The notes beneath the pieces were generated by a model. That model was given only the letters and a program-made list of their open reading frames with translations, ran no database searches and was not told the DNA's origin. Shown here one piece after another: positions 24,170-32,000 of a DNA stretch of 32,000 nt. The stretch's first letter is position 1, and every line of letters begins with the position of its first letter. A program made the translations under genes and the position numbers. Source of the DNA: Acaryochloris thomasi RCC1774 (GTDB taxonomy: Bacteria; Cyanobacteriota; Cyanobacteriia; Thermosynechococcales; Thermosynechococcaceae); the NCBI RefSeq assembly GCF_003231495.1, contig NZ_PQWO01000002.1:529164-561163 (forward strand). Direction: 5' to 3'.

Positions 24170-24664
24170 CTAGATTGATTTTAGGTTCAAGCGGGTGAGA
24201 ATTTGAGTTGCGATCGCATCGAGGCCCTGGTCGATTTCGATCCTGACACCCTCGGTCGGCTCTTCCAGACTGTCAAACTGACTCTGCAGCAAATCACTCC
24301 CCATAAAGTGACCCTGTCGCTGCTGTAGCCGCTGCAGAATTAACGATTGAGAACCGTGGAGATACACGAGCTTGACCTGCGGGTGGCTCAGATGCAGTTG
24401 TTCGCGGTAGCGAGACTTGAGGGCTGAGCAAGCTAAAACACTACTGTGACCAGCCTGCAGCCATTGAGCGATTTCCTGATTCAAAATGGCTAGCCAAGGT
24501 GCGCGATCGACATCATCTAACGGAATACCCTGCTGCATCTTGGCGATATTGGTGGCGGGATGAAAGTTGTCGGCATCGTAGAAGGTCCAGCCCAGAGCTG
24601 TTTCTAACTTTTGTCCTACCAGGGTTTTGCCCGATCCAGAAACACCCATCAGAATAATAATCAT
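24170..24664 (-). CDS. gntK: Gluconokinase
   Basis: The 164-aa ORF has the P-loop MGVSGSGKTLVG, the motifs DADNFHP..NI.KM..GIPLDDVDRAPWL, and ACSALK. Confidence 0.9.
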   Translation of the reverse strand: MIIILMGVSGSGKTLVGQKLETALGWTFYDADNFHPATNIAKMQQGIPLDDVDRAPWLAILNQEIAQWLQAGHSSVLACSALKSRYREQLHLSHPQVKLVYLHGSQSLILQRLQQRQGHFMGSDLLQSQFDSLEEPTEGVRIEIDQGLDAIATQILTRLNLKSI

Positions 24665-25112
24665 CTCTGCATCGTATCAATTTCCGATTGTGTCGGCCCA
24701 ACCCTGCAGAGCCATTCGTCAAGACGCGACCCCAGAACAGCAACAGTCAACATGGTGGGGGAGCCGTTATGGGGATGTGTGCTCCTTCCTTGCAAAAGCC
24801 TGGGTAAGTCTACCGAAATAAGTGACGAAAAAGAGCTGCTGTTTTGACCGACTATCCGTAGTTATTCGGTTGAAAAATTGATTTAGCACTCATACGGTTA
24901 AAACGTGCCATTTAACCTCGATCCTCTGGGCAAAATAGAGAAGGTGAACCCATCGGTATTTCTGCAGTTTATTCTATTCTTCTTATCTTCATATTCTGCG
25001 GAAATGCAACTCAATACATTCATGACTGCTAAACCTGCCTATTTCATTCCCTAAACGCTTAAGCCTCACCGTGAACAACTTAGGATCTGTGGCTTCTGAC
25101 GCGAAGGATGCC

Positions 25113-28100
25113 ATGAGTAACAGCCGCATTGAATCAACACCACTAATGGCTCTCTCCATTGAGGGATATCAATGCCTTGAAAAAATTTATGACAGCTGCA
25201 AGACGCTTGTATATCGAGGAGTGTGCAGCGTTGATCATCAATCTGTGATTATTAAAGTACCCAAGAAAAATCGGCCGACAGAGACAGAAATTATTCGATT
25301 TCGTAATCAATATAGCCTGGTTCATTCTCTAATTCATCCTGGAATTGTTAAGCTTTATCGCCTTGATTTACAGCAAAATAGCTGTGTCCTAATCATGGAA
25401 GATTTTGGGGCGATGTCACTGCAGGACCATTTAGAAAATCGTGGTTCGCTTCTTCCTCTGCCGGAATTTTATGCCATTGCGCTACAGATTGTTGAAGCGT
25501 TAATTGAGCTGCACGAGCACTGCATCATTCACAAAGACCTTAAGCCTCAAAACGTTTTGATTAACCCGCAAACTGGAGTTGTCAAGCTTTCAGACTTTTG
25601 CATTGCCTCTAGGCTGCCGAAAGAAGTGCCCCAGCTAGAGTCTCCCACAACGCTAGAGGGAACCCCGGCCTATATGTCTCCAGAACAGACGGGACGGATG
25701 AATCGGGGCATTGACTATCGAACAGATTTATACTCGCTGGGCATTCTTTTCTTCAATCTGTTGACGGGAAAGCTTCCCTTTCATGCTGACCGGCTGATGG
25801 GCTGGATTCACTGCCACATTGCCCAGCGCCCTCCCCGCCTAGACAGCCTGAATTCTGATGTGCCGCCGATGCTCTCGGCCATGGTGGAGAAACTTCTATC
25901 TAAGGATGCCGAAGATCGCTACCAGAGTGCGTTGGGCCTCAAGCACGATCTGCAGAGATGTCAGCAAGATTCAACGGCCACCTTCCCGCTAGGACGGCAG
26001 GATTGTCACAATCAGTTTGTCATTCCTGAGCAGCTTTATGGTCGGGAGTCTGAGGTGAATACACTGCTCACTGCCTTTGATCGGGTGACTCACCAGCAGA
26101 AAGAAATGGTGTGGGTTGCAGGTTCCTCTGGGGTGGGCAAAACGGCCCTTGTGCATGAAGTGCAGAAGAGTATTGTGCGTGGGCAGGGCTACTTTATTGA
26201 GGGGAAGTTTGCTTTGCGATCGCAAAGCCAGCCTTTCTCGGCCTTCATTTCAGCCTTACGCAACTTCGTGAAGCAGATCTTGACGGAGGATGAAGCCGTC
26301 CTGCAGCAGTGGAAGGTGCAGCTCTTATCAGCAGTGGGTCAGCATGGCCAGCTCTTGATTGATGTGATACCCGAGCTAGAGCAGATTTTGGGTGCCCAGC
26401 CCTCTGTCCCTGCAGTCTCAGGCACTGCAGCCCAAAATCGCTTCAATCACGTCCTTCAGGAATTGATTCGCGCCTTTGCCCAGGCCGAGCATCCCTTGGT
26501 GGTGTTTATTGATAACCTGCAGTGGGCTGATCCCGCCTCTCTCGATCTGTTTGAGCGGCTGATGACGGACAGCCAAATCGAGTCACTCCTGCTGATCGGT
26601 GCTTACCGAGATCACGAAGTAGACGCCGATCATCCCTTACTGTCTGTGGTTGACCATCTAGAAGCGGTGGGTGTACAGTCCCGGAACATTGATCTGCTCC
26701 CTCTAGATCTGCCGACTTTAAATATCTGGGTGGCAGCTGCGCTGCACTGCCAGCCGGTTAGGGTTTTGCCGCTGACCCAATGTATTTTTCAACACACGCG
26801 AGGCAACCCCTTTTTTAGCGCTCAGTTTCTGCAGGCGCTCGTCACCGAGGGGCTGATCCATCGCTCAAGCATGGGGAGCTGGCAATACGACCTGCAGCGG
26901 GTCGCCTCGCTAGAGCTGTCCCAAAATGCCGTTGGTTTTGTGGTTCAGCGATTGCATAGGCTGCCCAAAATGACGCAGAGGATCCTGCATTTTGCCGCCT
27001 GCATCGGCAATCGATTTGACTTGAAGACGCTAGCGCTGGTTTGTGAATGCTCCGAGGCAGGTGTCGCCTCTCACCTGAATCAAGCGCTCCATGAGGGGCT
27101 GATTGTCCCACTCAGCGAGATGTATAAACTCTACTATTTGAGAGACGATCAGGATCAGCAATGGTCGTTTCCTTCTCACTCTGTTCTCTGTTACCAGTTC
27201 CTGCACAATAGCGTTCAGCAAGCTGCCTATGCTCTCATTCCTGAACAGCAGCAGGCCGCCATCCACTTGCGTATGGGGCGTCTTTTGCGGAGAGAGTACC
27301 CGCAGGCAGAGATTGCTCTGACTCAGGTTGTAACCCACCTCAATCAGGGAGCCTCTCTGATCTCTTCTATTTCTGAAAAGCTACAGCTCATTCAGTTGAA
27401 TCTTGAAGCAGGGGTTGAGGCAAAGGAGGCGATTGATGCTCCAACGGCTCTCCGGTACTTCAATACGGGGATTAAACTCCTGCCAAAACAGAGCTGGCAA
27501 ACGCACTACGATCTAACGCTACAGATCTTTACTGAGGCCGTTGAAGCTGCCTATCTATGTGCTCAGTATGATGAACTGGAGCAGCTTGCTGATCAGATCT
27601 TGGGCAATGCCGTCACTGATCTAGATGCGCTGAAGGTTCACGAGGCTAGAATCCTCGCCTATGCAGCTCAAAATAAGCCGCTTGCTGCCATTCAGGTTGC
27701 GCTGGTGTTCCTACAGCGGTTGGGTATTTCGTTCCCCGACACCCCAGAGATGGGTGATATTACGGCCGGGTTGCAGAAGACGGCGGCTTTAGTGGACACG
27801 GTGGGCACTGAGAATTTTAAAGTGCTGCCGATGATGGATGATCCGGTGCAGTTAGCAAAGATGCTGATTCTCTCCCGCGTCTGGCCGACTGCCTACATTG
27901 CGGGTTCACCTTTGGTACCGCTCATTGTTTTTGAGCTATTGCAGTTGACGGTCACGCAGGGACGATCTCCCTTTTCAGCGTTCGCCGCTGTCACCTATGG
28001 CTTGATTCTCTGCGGGATGACGGGGGAAATTGAGACCGGATATAACTTTGGAGAACTGGCGCTAGAGCTGCAGGCGAGGGATGGACATCCTGAGTTTGAG

Positions 28101-30191
28101 CCGATTATTTTGGGGCTGATGACTGTCTTTGTGCGTCACTTTCGAGATTCGCTCCAGTCAACTCTAGGGCCGCTCCGCCAGACCTATCAGGTGGCTTTAT
28201 CGGTCGGCAATGTTGAGTATGCAGCCTATGCGGCTCACCACTACGGTGAACATGCCTTCTTTGCCGGACAAGAACTGAACCAGTTGCTCTTGGACGTGGA
28301 ACAGCATGGGGATGCGATCTCAACCCATCAGCAGCTCACCGTACTGTGCTACAACGACATGCTGCGGCAGATGATTTTGAACCTTTTGGGGCAAAATCGA
28401 ACCCCCTGGCAGCTAGAGGGGAGTGCCTACGATCAGACGGTCCTGCTGCCCCATCATCAGCAGACGAAAGATATTTTGGCCCTCTTTTATCTCGACTTCA
28501 AAGCGATGATTCTGGCCTATCTTTTTCAGCGGAAAGAGCTGGCACTTGCCTGTGCCCTGCGAGCCGAACCGTACATTGCCCATATGACCGGCATGCTGGA
28601 TGTTCCGATCTTTTACTTCTACGATTCTTTAATCCATCTTGCTCACTACCCAGATGCCGCTGATGCGAGGCAGACTCAAATCTTAATTAAGGTTGCAGCC
28701 AATCAAGCGCACCTTGAGAAATATGCAAAGCATGCCCCCACAAACTACCGTCATCGGCTAGAGCTAGTGATCGCAGAACGGTATCGGGTTCTTCAAGAGC
28801 CCTTGTTGGCGATGGACCATTTTGAGTTGGCCCTTACCTACGCTCAAGACGGTCACTACATACAGGATGTCGCCCTTGCGAATGAACTGGTGGCGCAGCT
28901 CCATTGCACAGAAAATAATATTGCAGTTTCCCAAGCCTACCTAGCTGCAGCCTCTGATAGCTATCAACAGTGGGGCGCACAGGCAAAAGCAGAAGCGCTG
29001 GCACAAATGTATCCTCAACGGTCCGCCTCTTCCCTGCCCTTCTCTACCGTTGGGTCAGACTCTACCCTCAACGCTGTGGGCACCTTCTCTGCAACCATTC
29101 AAGACCCTGTGACTGCCGCGGATACGGGCGGTGTAGGAAGCCTACTGCATGCCGTTGAGTCCTTGAACGGTGAACAGTCGCGGGACGCATTGCTCCTGTC
29201 CCTTCTAGGGCATGCCGTTCAACAGACTCATGCTGACGTCGGACAGTTGCTGTTACCTCAGCAAACGGGATGGATGACAACCGTGCTCCATCAAAATGGC
29301 AGCACCCATTTGCTCCAGCAGCCTACCCCTCTACCGGAAGCTTTGCTGCAGTATGTTGAACGAACGCAGACAGCCCTAGTGCTGGATGACGTATCGACCT
29401 CTATCTTTGCGATCAGCCCATATATCAAACAACATCAGCCGCGCTCCATTCTATGCGTTCCCATACTGCAGCGAACAGAATTGACGGGGCTGTTGTATTT
29501 AGAGAATCGTCAGGCAATCTACGCTTTTCATGAGCATCAAACAGAAGCCCTCAAACTGTTGACCGCCCATGCTGCCGTCGTCATGGAAACTTTGCAGCTA
29601 AGGCAAAGCTATCAAGGCTATAGCCTGCAGCTTGAGCAAGCCCAGTCAGAAGTGCTGAAGCTACACGGTCAGGTTCTTGCAGGTATTCACCACGACTCAC
29701 TGACCGGATTACTGAGCCGAGCCTGGTTAATGGATCGTCTCCCCCAAGTCATTGGAGCTGGCCATCAAATAGCCATTTTGCTGATTGACATCAACAACTT
29801 CAACGTCGTTAATCATCAGTTCGGTTATCAGGCCGGTGACCAACTGCTGCAAACCGTAGCCCATTGTTTACGATCCTGCCTCCGTCAGCAGGACAGGATT
29901 GTTCGATGGGGGGGAGATCAATTTGCAATTGTTCTAGAAAATCTGCAGTGGCGCGATGAACCGATGGGCTTGGCTGAGCGTATTCAGACTCTTTTTGCAT
30001 CTCCTCTAAAGACTGATCTCCAGCAGCAGTCAGTGAACGTCACCATTGGGATTTTGTGTGATGTTGACAAATACAAACAAACCGATGAGGTTCTCAAAGA
30101 TCTATGGTCTGTGCTAATTCAGGCAAAAGCCAATCATGAAGACGGCTATGTTGTGCATATGCCGATCCAGCAGGATGGCGCTACCGCATAA
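25113..30191 (+). CDS. Multidomain sensor: Ser/Thr kinase - AAA/STAND ATPase - helical (TPR-like) region - GAF - degenerate GGDEF domain
   Basis: The ORF is open from GTG 25071 (1706 aa). ATG 25113 is preceded by AGGA, and ATG 25146 is also possible. The kinase motifs are VIIKV, HKDLKPQNVLI, SDFCIAS and GTPAYMSPEQ. The P-loop is VAGSSGVGKTALV and Walker B is LVVFIDNLQWAD. About 700 aa of helical region follow. The GAF region reads ILCVPILQRTELTGLLYLENR. The C-terminal GGDEF fold reads DSLTGLLSR...LLIDINNFN...RQQDRIVRWGGDQFAIVL. Confidence 0.9.
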   Translation: MSNSRIESTPLMALSIEGYQCLEKIYDSCKTLVYRGVCSVDHQSVIIKVPKKNRPTETEIIRFRNQYSLVHSLIHPGIVKLYRLDLQQNSCVLIMEDFGAMSLQDHLENRGSLLPLPEFYAIALQIVEALIELHEHCIIHKDLKPQNVLINPQTGVVKLSDFCIASRLPKEVPQLESPTTLEGTPAYMSPEQTGRMNRGIDYRTDLYSLGILFFNLLTGKLPFHADRLMGWIHCHIAQRPPRLDSLNSDVPPMLSAMVEKLLSKDAEDRYQSALGLKHDLQRCQQDSTATFPLGRQDCHNQFVIPEQLYGRESEVNTLLTAFDRVTHQQKEMVWVAGSSGVGKTALVHEVQKSIVRGQGYFIEGKFALRSQSQPFSAFISALRNFVKQILTEDEAVLQQWKVQLLSAVGQHGQLLIDVIPELEQILGAQPSVPAVSGTAAQNRFNHVLQELIRAFAQAEHPLVVFIDNLQWADPASLDLFERLMTDSQIESLLLIGAYRDHEVDADHPLLSVVDHLEAVGVQSRNIDLLPLDLPTLNIWVAAALHCQPVRVLPLTQCIFQHTRGNPFFSAQFLQALVTEGLIHRSSMGSWQYDLQRVASLELSQNAVGFVVQRLHRLPKMTQRILHFAACIGNRFDLKTLALVCECSEAGVASHLNQALHEGLIVPLSEMYKLYYLRDDQDQQWSFPSHSVLCYQFLHNSVQQAAYALIPEQQQAAIHLRMGRLLRREYPQAEIALTQVVTHLNQGASLISSISEKLQLIQLNLEAGVEAKEAIDAPTALRYFNTGIKLLPKQSWQTHYDLTLQIFTEAVEAAYLCAQYDELEQLADQILGNAVTDLDALKVHEARILAYAAQNKPLAAIQVALVFLQRLGISFPDTPEMGDITAGLQKTAALVDTVGTENFKVLPMMDDPVQLAKMLILSRVWPTAYIAGSPLVPLIVFELLQLTVTQGRSPFSAFAAVTYGLILCGMTGEIETGYNFGELALELQARDGHPEFEPIILGLMTVFVRHFRDSLQSTLGPLRQTYQVALSVGNVEYAAYAAHHYGEHAFFAGQELNQLLLDVEQHGDAISTHQQLTVLCYNDMLRQMILNLLGQNRTPWQLEGSAYDQTVLLPHHQQTKDILALFYLDFKAMILAYLFQRKELALACALRAEPYIAHMTGMLDVPIFYFYDSLIHLAHYPDAADARQTQILIKVAANQAHLEKYAKHAPTNYRHRLELVIAERYRVLQEPLLAMDHFELALTYAQDGHYIQDVALANELVAQLHCTENNIAVSQAYLAAASDSYQQWGAQAKAEALAQMYPQRSASSLPFSTVGSDSTLNAVGTFSATIQDPVTAADTGGVGSLLHAVESLNGEQSRDALLLSLLGHAVQQTHADVGQLLLPQQTGWMTTVLHQNGSTHLLQQPTPLPEALLQYVERTQTALVLDDVSTSIFAISPYIKQHQPRSILCVPILQRTELTGLLYLENRQAIYAFHEHQTEALKLLTAHAAVVMETLQLRQSYQGYSLQLEQAQSEVLKLHGQVLAGIHHDSLTGLLSRAWLMDRLPQVIGAGHQIAILLIDINNFNVVNHQFGYQAGDQLLQTVAHCLRSCLRQQDRIVRWGGDQFAIVLENLQWRDEPMGLAERIQTLFASPLKTDLQQQSVNVTIGILCDVDKYKQTDEVLKDLWSVLIQAKANHEDGYVVHMPIQQDGATA

Positions 30192-30256
30192 TGCCCTACA
30201 GCATCTGTATTTATCAAGGAAACAAAATGGCTGTTTGCTAAAGGAAGACTGTCCTA

Positions 30257-32000
30257 ACCTACATTCCGCAGGTAGGTGAAGAGTCTACAAGCAAGTAATA
30301 TCTGCAGGTAGGTGGTCCGAGCAGGTGAATGATCAACTGCCTTTCCTCAGAGAGATTAGTGACTTGTTGCAGGCCATTGAGCAGTACTAAATGAATGCCT
30401 TGAAACGTTTGCATAATCCACCGAAACGTAGGCTTAGTGGTCGGTCGTTTTCGTTGGTCAAGCACCGTTCGTTGTTGTTGCTTGAGAGCCTGCCTGATTT
30501 TCCGTTCAGCCAATGTGTAGACCAATAACGTCAGGGCCATAATCAACGCCAACGCTTCCACCCTTTCGGGCTTTTTGACAAAAACACTACTGGTGAAGAA
30601 GAGCGGATCTTTGAGAAAGCGAAAGCCCCTCTCGACCTTCTGCTGTTGTTTATATTCTTTCAATAGCTTCTGAGCAGGCCATGTCTGTGTATCGAGTTGA
30701 TTGGTGGCCAGAATAAAGCGGCTGCGCTGGCGCATGAATTGTTCTTCGGTTTCACTATTACATTCGAGAGTGGCTTTGATTCGATAGCTCTCAATGGGTG
30801 TTTTGAGCGTTTTATTGCGCGGTTCTCCTGGCGCTCGTTTAGTGCGGACCGTTTCAATCGTCACATTGACTAACTGATGTTTTTCCAATTGCTCTTGAAA
30901 AGCAATCAATGCTTCATCGGCATCCGGGCGACAGGCAAATATTGTTTTCGTGAGCTGTTTCAACTGACGCTTGAATTTTCGCTCTAGCGTCTGTACTTCT
31001 TTTTGCCACAGCGCTTTATCTGCTTTGCGCGTTTGACTTTCAATCAAAATCCAGCGTTGTTCAATTGCGCCATAGGTTTGAGAGACTTCCCACATTTGAT
31101 AGTCGTTGAGGTCACAAGCAACAGCAGTCAACTCACAGGTGGGCTGTTCGATAAGTGCTCTGGCAGCCTTGAGGGTTTGCGGTACGCGTGAGAGCCATCT
31201 CAGTGAACAGACCTGCTGTAGATTTGGTTCGCTGTAGAATGCGGCATCAATGACGAATAGAGAATCAACATCCCACTCGGTGGCAAAGTCACTCATCACC
31301 CCAGCAAATGCTTGGGCATCACTTTGGTTACCATCGGCGACTTTTAGCCATAGAGGAACCCCGCCATCTCTAGAGCAAATCAGGTTGACCATATATTGCT
31401 TGAGGTCGGGCCGCTGGTCGCGGGAGTAGCCTCGACAAATCTCAATGGTTTGAACATCATCACCAATAGCGTCGTTGTCGAATGAGTCAGGGAGGTCTGC
31501 TTCAGGCTCGGCAAGTCGGTAATCGCCATCAACGGAAAATGAACTTGAGTCAAGGTGAACTTGCTCACAGCTCACCTCAAACCGCTCCACTGCTCGCAGG
31601 GCTGCCTTCAGGAAAAACATCGTTGTCCCCGATTGAGTGAGGCCATCGAGGACACGACCGAGACGGTCATCATTGAGGTGGCTCGACTCAATACCGGGGC
31701 CGAGAAGGTGCTCTAGTGGTTTGCTCTCGAAAAACTGAATAAACAAATACAGAGGTGCACTCAGAAAGCCAAAACAGTTGAGGAGCATTGCTTTAACCAC
31801 TTGACCACTGCTAATACAGTTCTGGCTGTGAGGCGGAAGTAGCTCATCAGTCAATTTCACTAAGTCCAGCTCATCAATGACACCGGCTACTAAGCCTAGA
31901 TGGTCCAACGTTTCGACCTGAAGTTCTGACATCTGGAAAAACTCTATGAAGCTTGCACTGCTTCATTATCCGAAATTTACACTACCTGCGGAATGTAGGT
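30257..32000 (-). mobile_element. IS1634-like (IS4 superfamily) insertion sequence, apparently reaching the window edge
   Basis: The 19-bp perfect terminal inverted repeats are ACCTACATTCCGCAGGTAG at 30257-30275 and its reverse complement at 31982-32000. They enclose a single 557-aa transposase ORF. The right flank and any target-site duplication lie outside the window. Confidence 0.85.
30259..31932 (-). CDS. IS1634-family DDE transposase
   Basis: The ORF is 557 aa. The N-terminus LDHLGLVAGVIDELDLV is typical of IS1634-family transposases as I recall them. The IS4-like C-terminal signature YKQQQKVERGFRFLKD follows the Y-2-x-3-E-6-K spacing. Confidence 0.85.
   Translation of the reverse strand: MSELQVETLDHLGLVAGVIDELDLVKLTDELLPPHSQNCISSGQVVKAMLLNCFGFLSAPLYLFIQFFESKPLEHLLGPGIESSHLNDDRLGRVLDGLTQSGTTMFFLKAALRAVERFEVSCEQVHLDSSSFSVDGDYRLAEPEADLPDSFDNDAIGDDVQTIEICRGYSRDQRPDLKQYMVNLICSRDGGVPLWLKVADGNQSDAQAFAGVMSDFATEWDVDSLFVIDAAFYSEPNLQQVCSLRWLSRVPQTLKAARALIEQPTCELTAVACDLNDYQMWEVSQTYGAIEQRWILIESQTRKADKALWQKEVQTLERKFKRQLKQLTKTIFACRPDADEALIAFQEQLEKHQLVNVTIETVRTKRAPGEPRNKTLKTPIESYRIKATLECNSETEEQFMRQRSRFILATNQLDTQTWPAQKLLKEYKQQQKVERGFRFLKDPLFFTSSVFVKKPERVEALALIMALTLLVYTLAERKIRQALKQQQRTVLDQRKRPTTKPTFRWIMQTFQGIHLVLLNGLQQVTNLSEERQLIIHLLGPPTCRYYLLVDSSPTCGM

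Larger units (their letters stand above)
1342..26223. repeat. HIP1 highly iterated palindrome GCGATCGC, 17 dispersed copies
   Basis: Exact octamers start at 1342, 1496, 2993, 4014, 4417, 5065, 6840, 8047, 12907, 14863, 16880, 17862, 20454, 20697, 23110, 24210 and 26216. The random expectation for one palindromic octamer in 32 kb is about 0.5. Confidence 0.9.

Noticed and set aside
24513-24847. ORFs 24513..24743(-), 24611..24847(+) and 24627..24821(+) around the gntK start
   Set aside because: They overlap the gntK 5' end and each other in different frames. They have no motifs and likely lie in the divergent promoter region.
25071-30191. STAND ATPase protein as an Avs-like antiviral sensor
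   Set aside because: The N-terminal kinase, GAF and GGDEF-type modules match a signalling chassis common in cyanobacteria. No nuclease, protease, TIR, Sir2 or pore-forming effector domain or partner gene is visible.

Overview
This window looks like cyanobacterial chromosomal DNA. The evidence is 17 copies of the HIP1 palindrome GCGATCGC, a petM gene, a Psb34/ssl1498-like small membrane protein gene, and pentapeptide-repeat and multidomain Ser/Thr kinases. I call about 25 protein-coding genes and one tRNA-Ser(UGA). Most genes are housekeeping: YqgF/RuvX-like nuclease, pgl, cbiT, a PLP Orn/Lys/Arg-type decarboxylase, ychF, petM (31 aa, absent from the ORF track), ppx/gppA, a YfbK-type vWA lipoprotein, type-2 IPP isomerase, ispE, rsmA, a prohibitin/SPFH protein and gntK. 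Four less ordinary blocks are interleaved. (1) 1636-3679 is a two-gene FHA cassette whose kinase-like member has lost both catalytic aspartates. (2) 8864-12448 is a roughly 1190-aa secreted protein with four 103-110-aa Ig/cadherin-like repeats, a lamin-tail domain, a (PD)n/PDPDPQ microsatellite-encoded spacer and a proline-rich tail. (3) 18.7-20.3 kb is a small accessory islet with an IR-bounded 154-bp element, a Uma2 endonuclease, and a MazF/PemK toxin-antitoxin pair in which the toxin appears to carry an internal deletion. (4) 25071-30191 is a 1706-aa Ser/Thr kinase - AAA/STAND - helical repeat - GAF - degenerate GGDEF (GGDQF with an intact RxxD I-site) protein, followed by an IS1634-like insertion sequence that runs to the window edge. 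I found no CRISPR array, rRNA, prophage or recognisable defence operon. The most unusual items are signalling architectures, not a clearly new multi-gene system. All functional calls come from motif recognition by eye and need HMM or BLAST confirmation.
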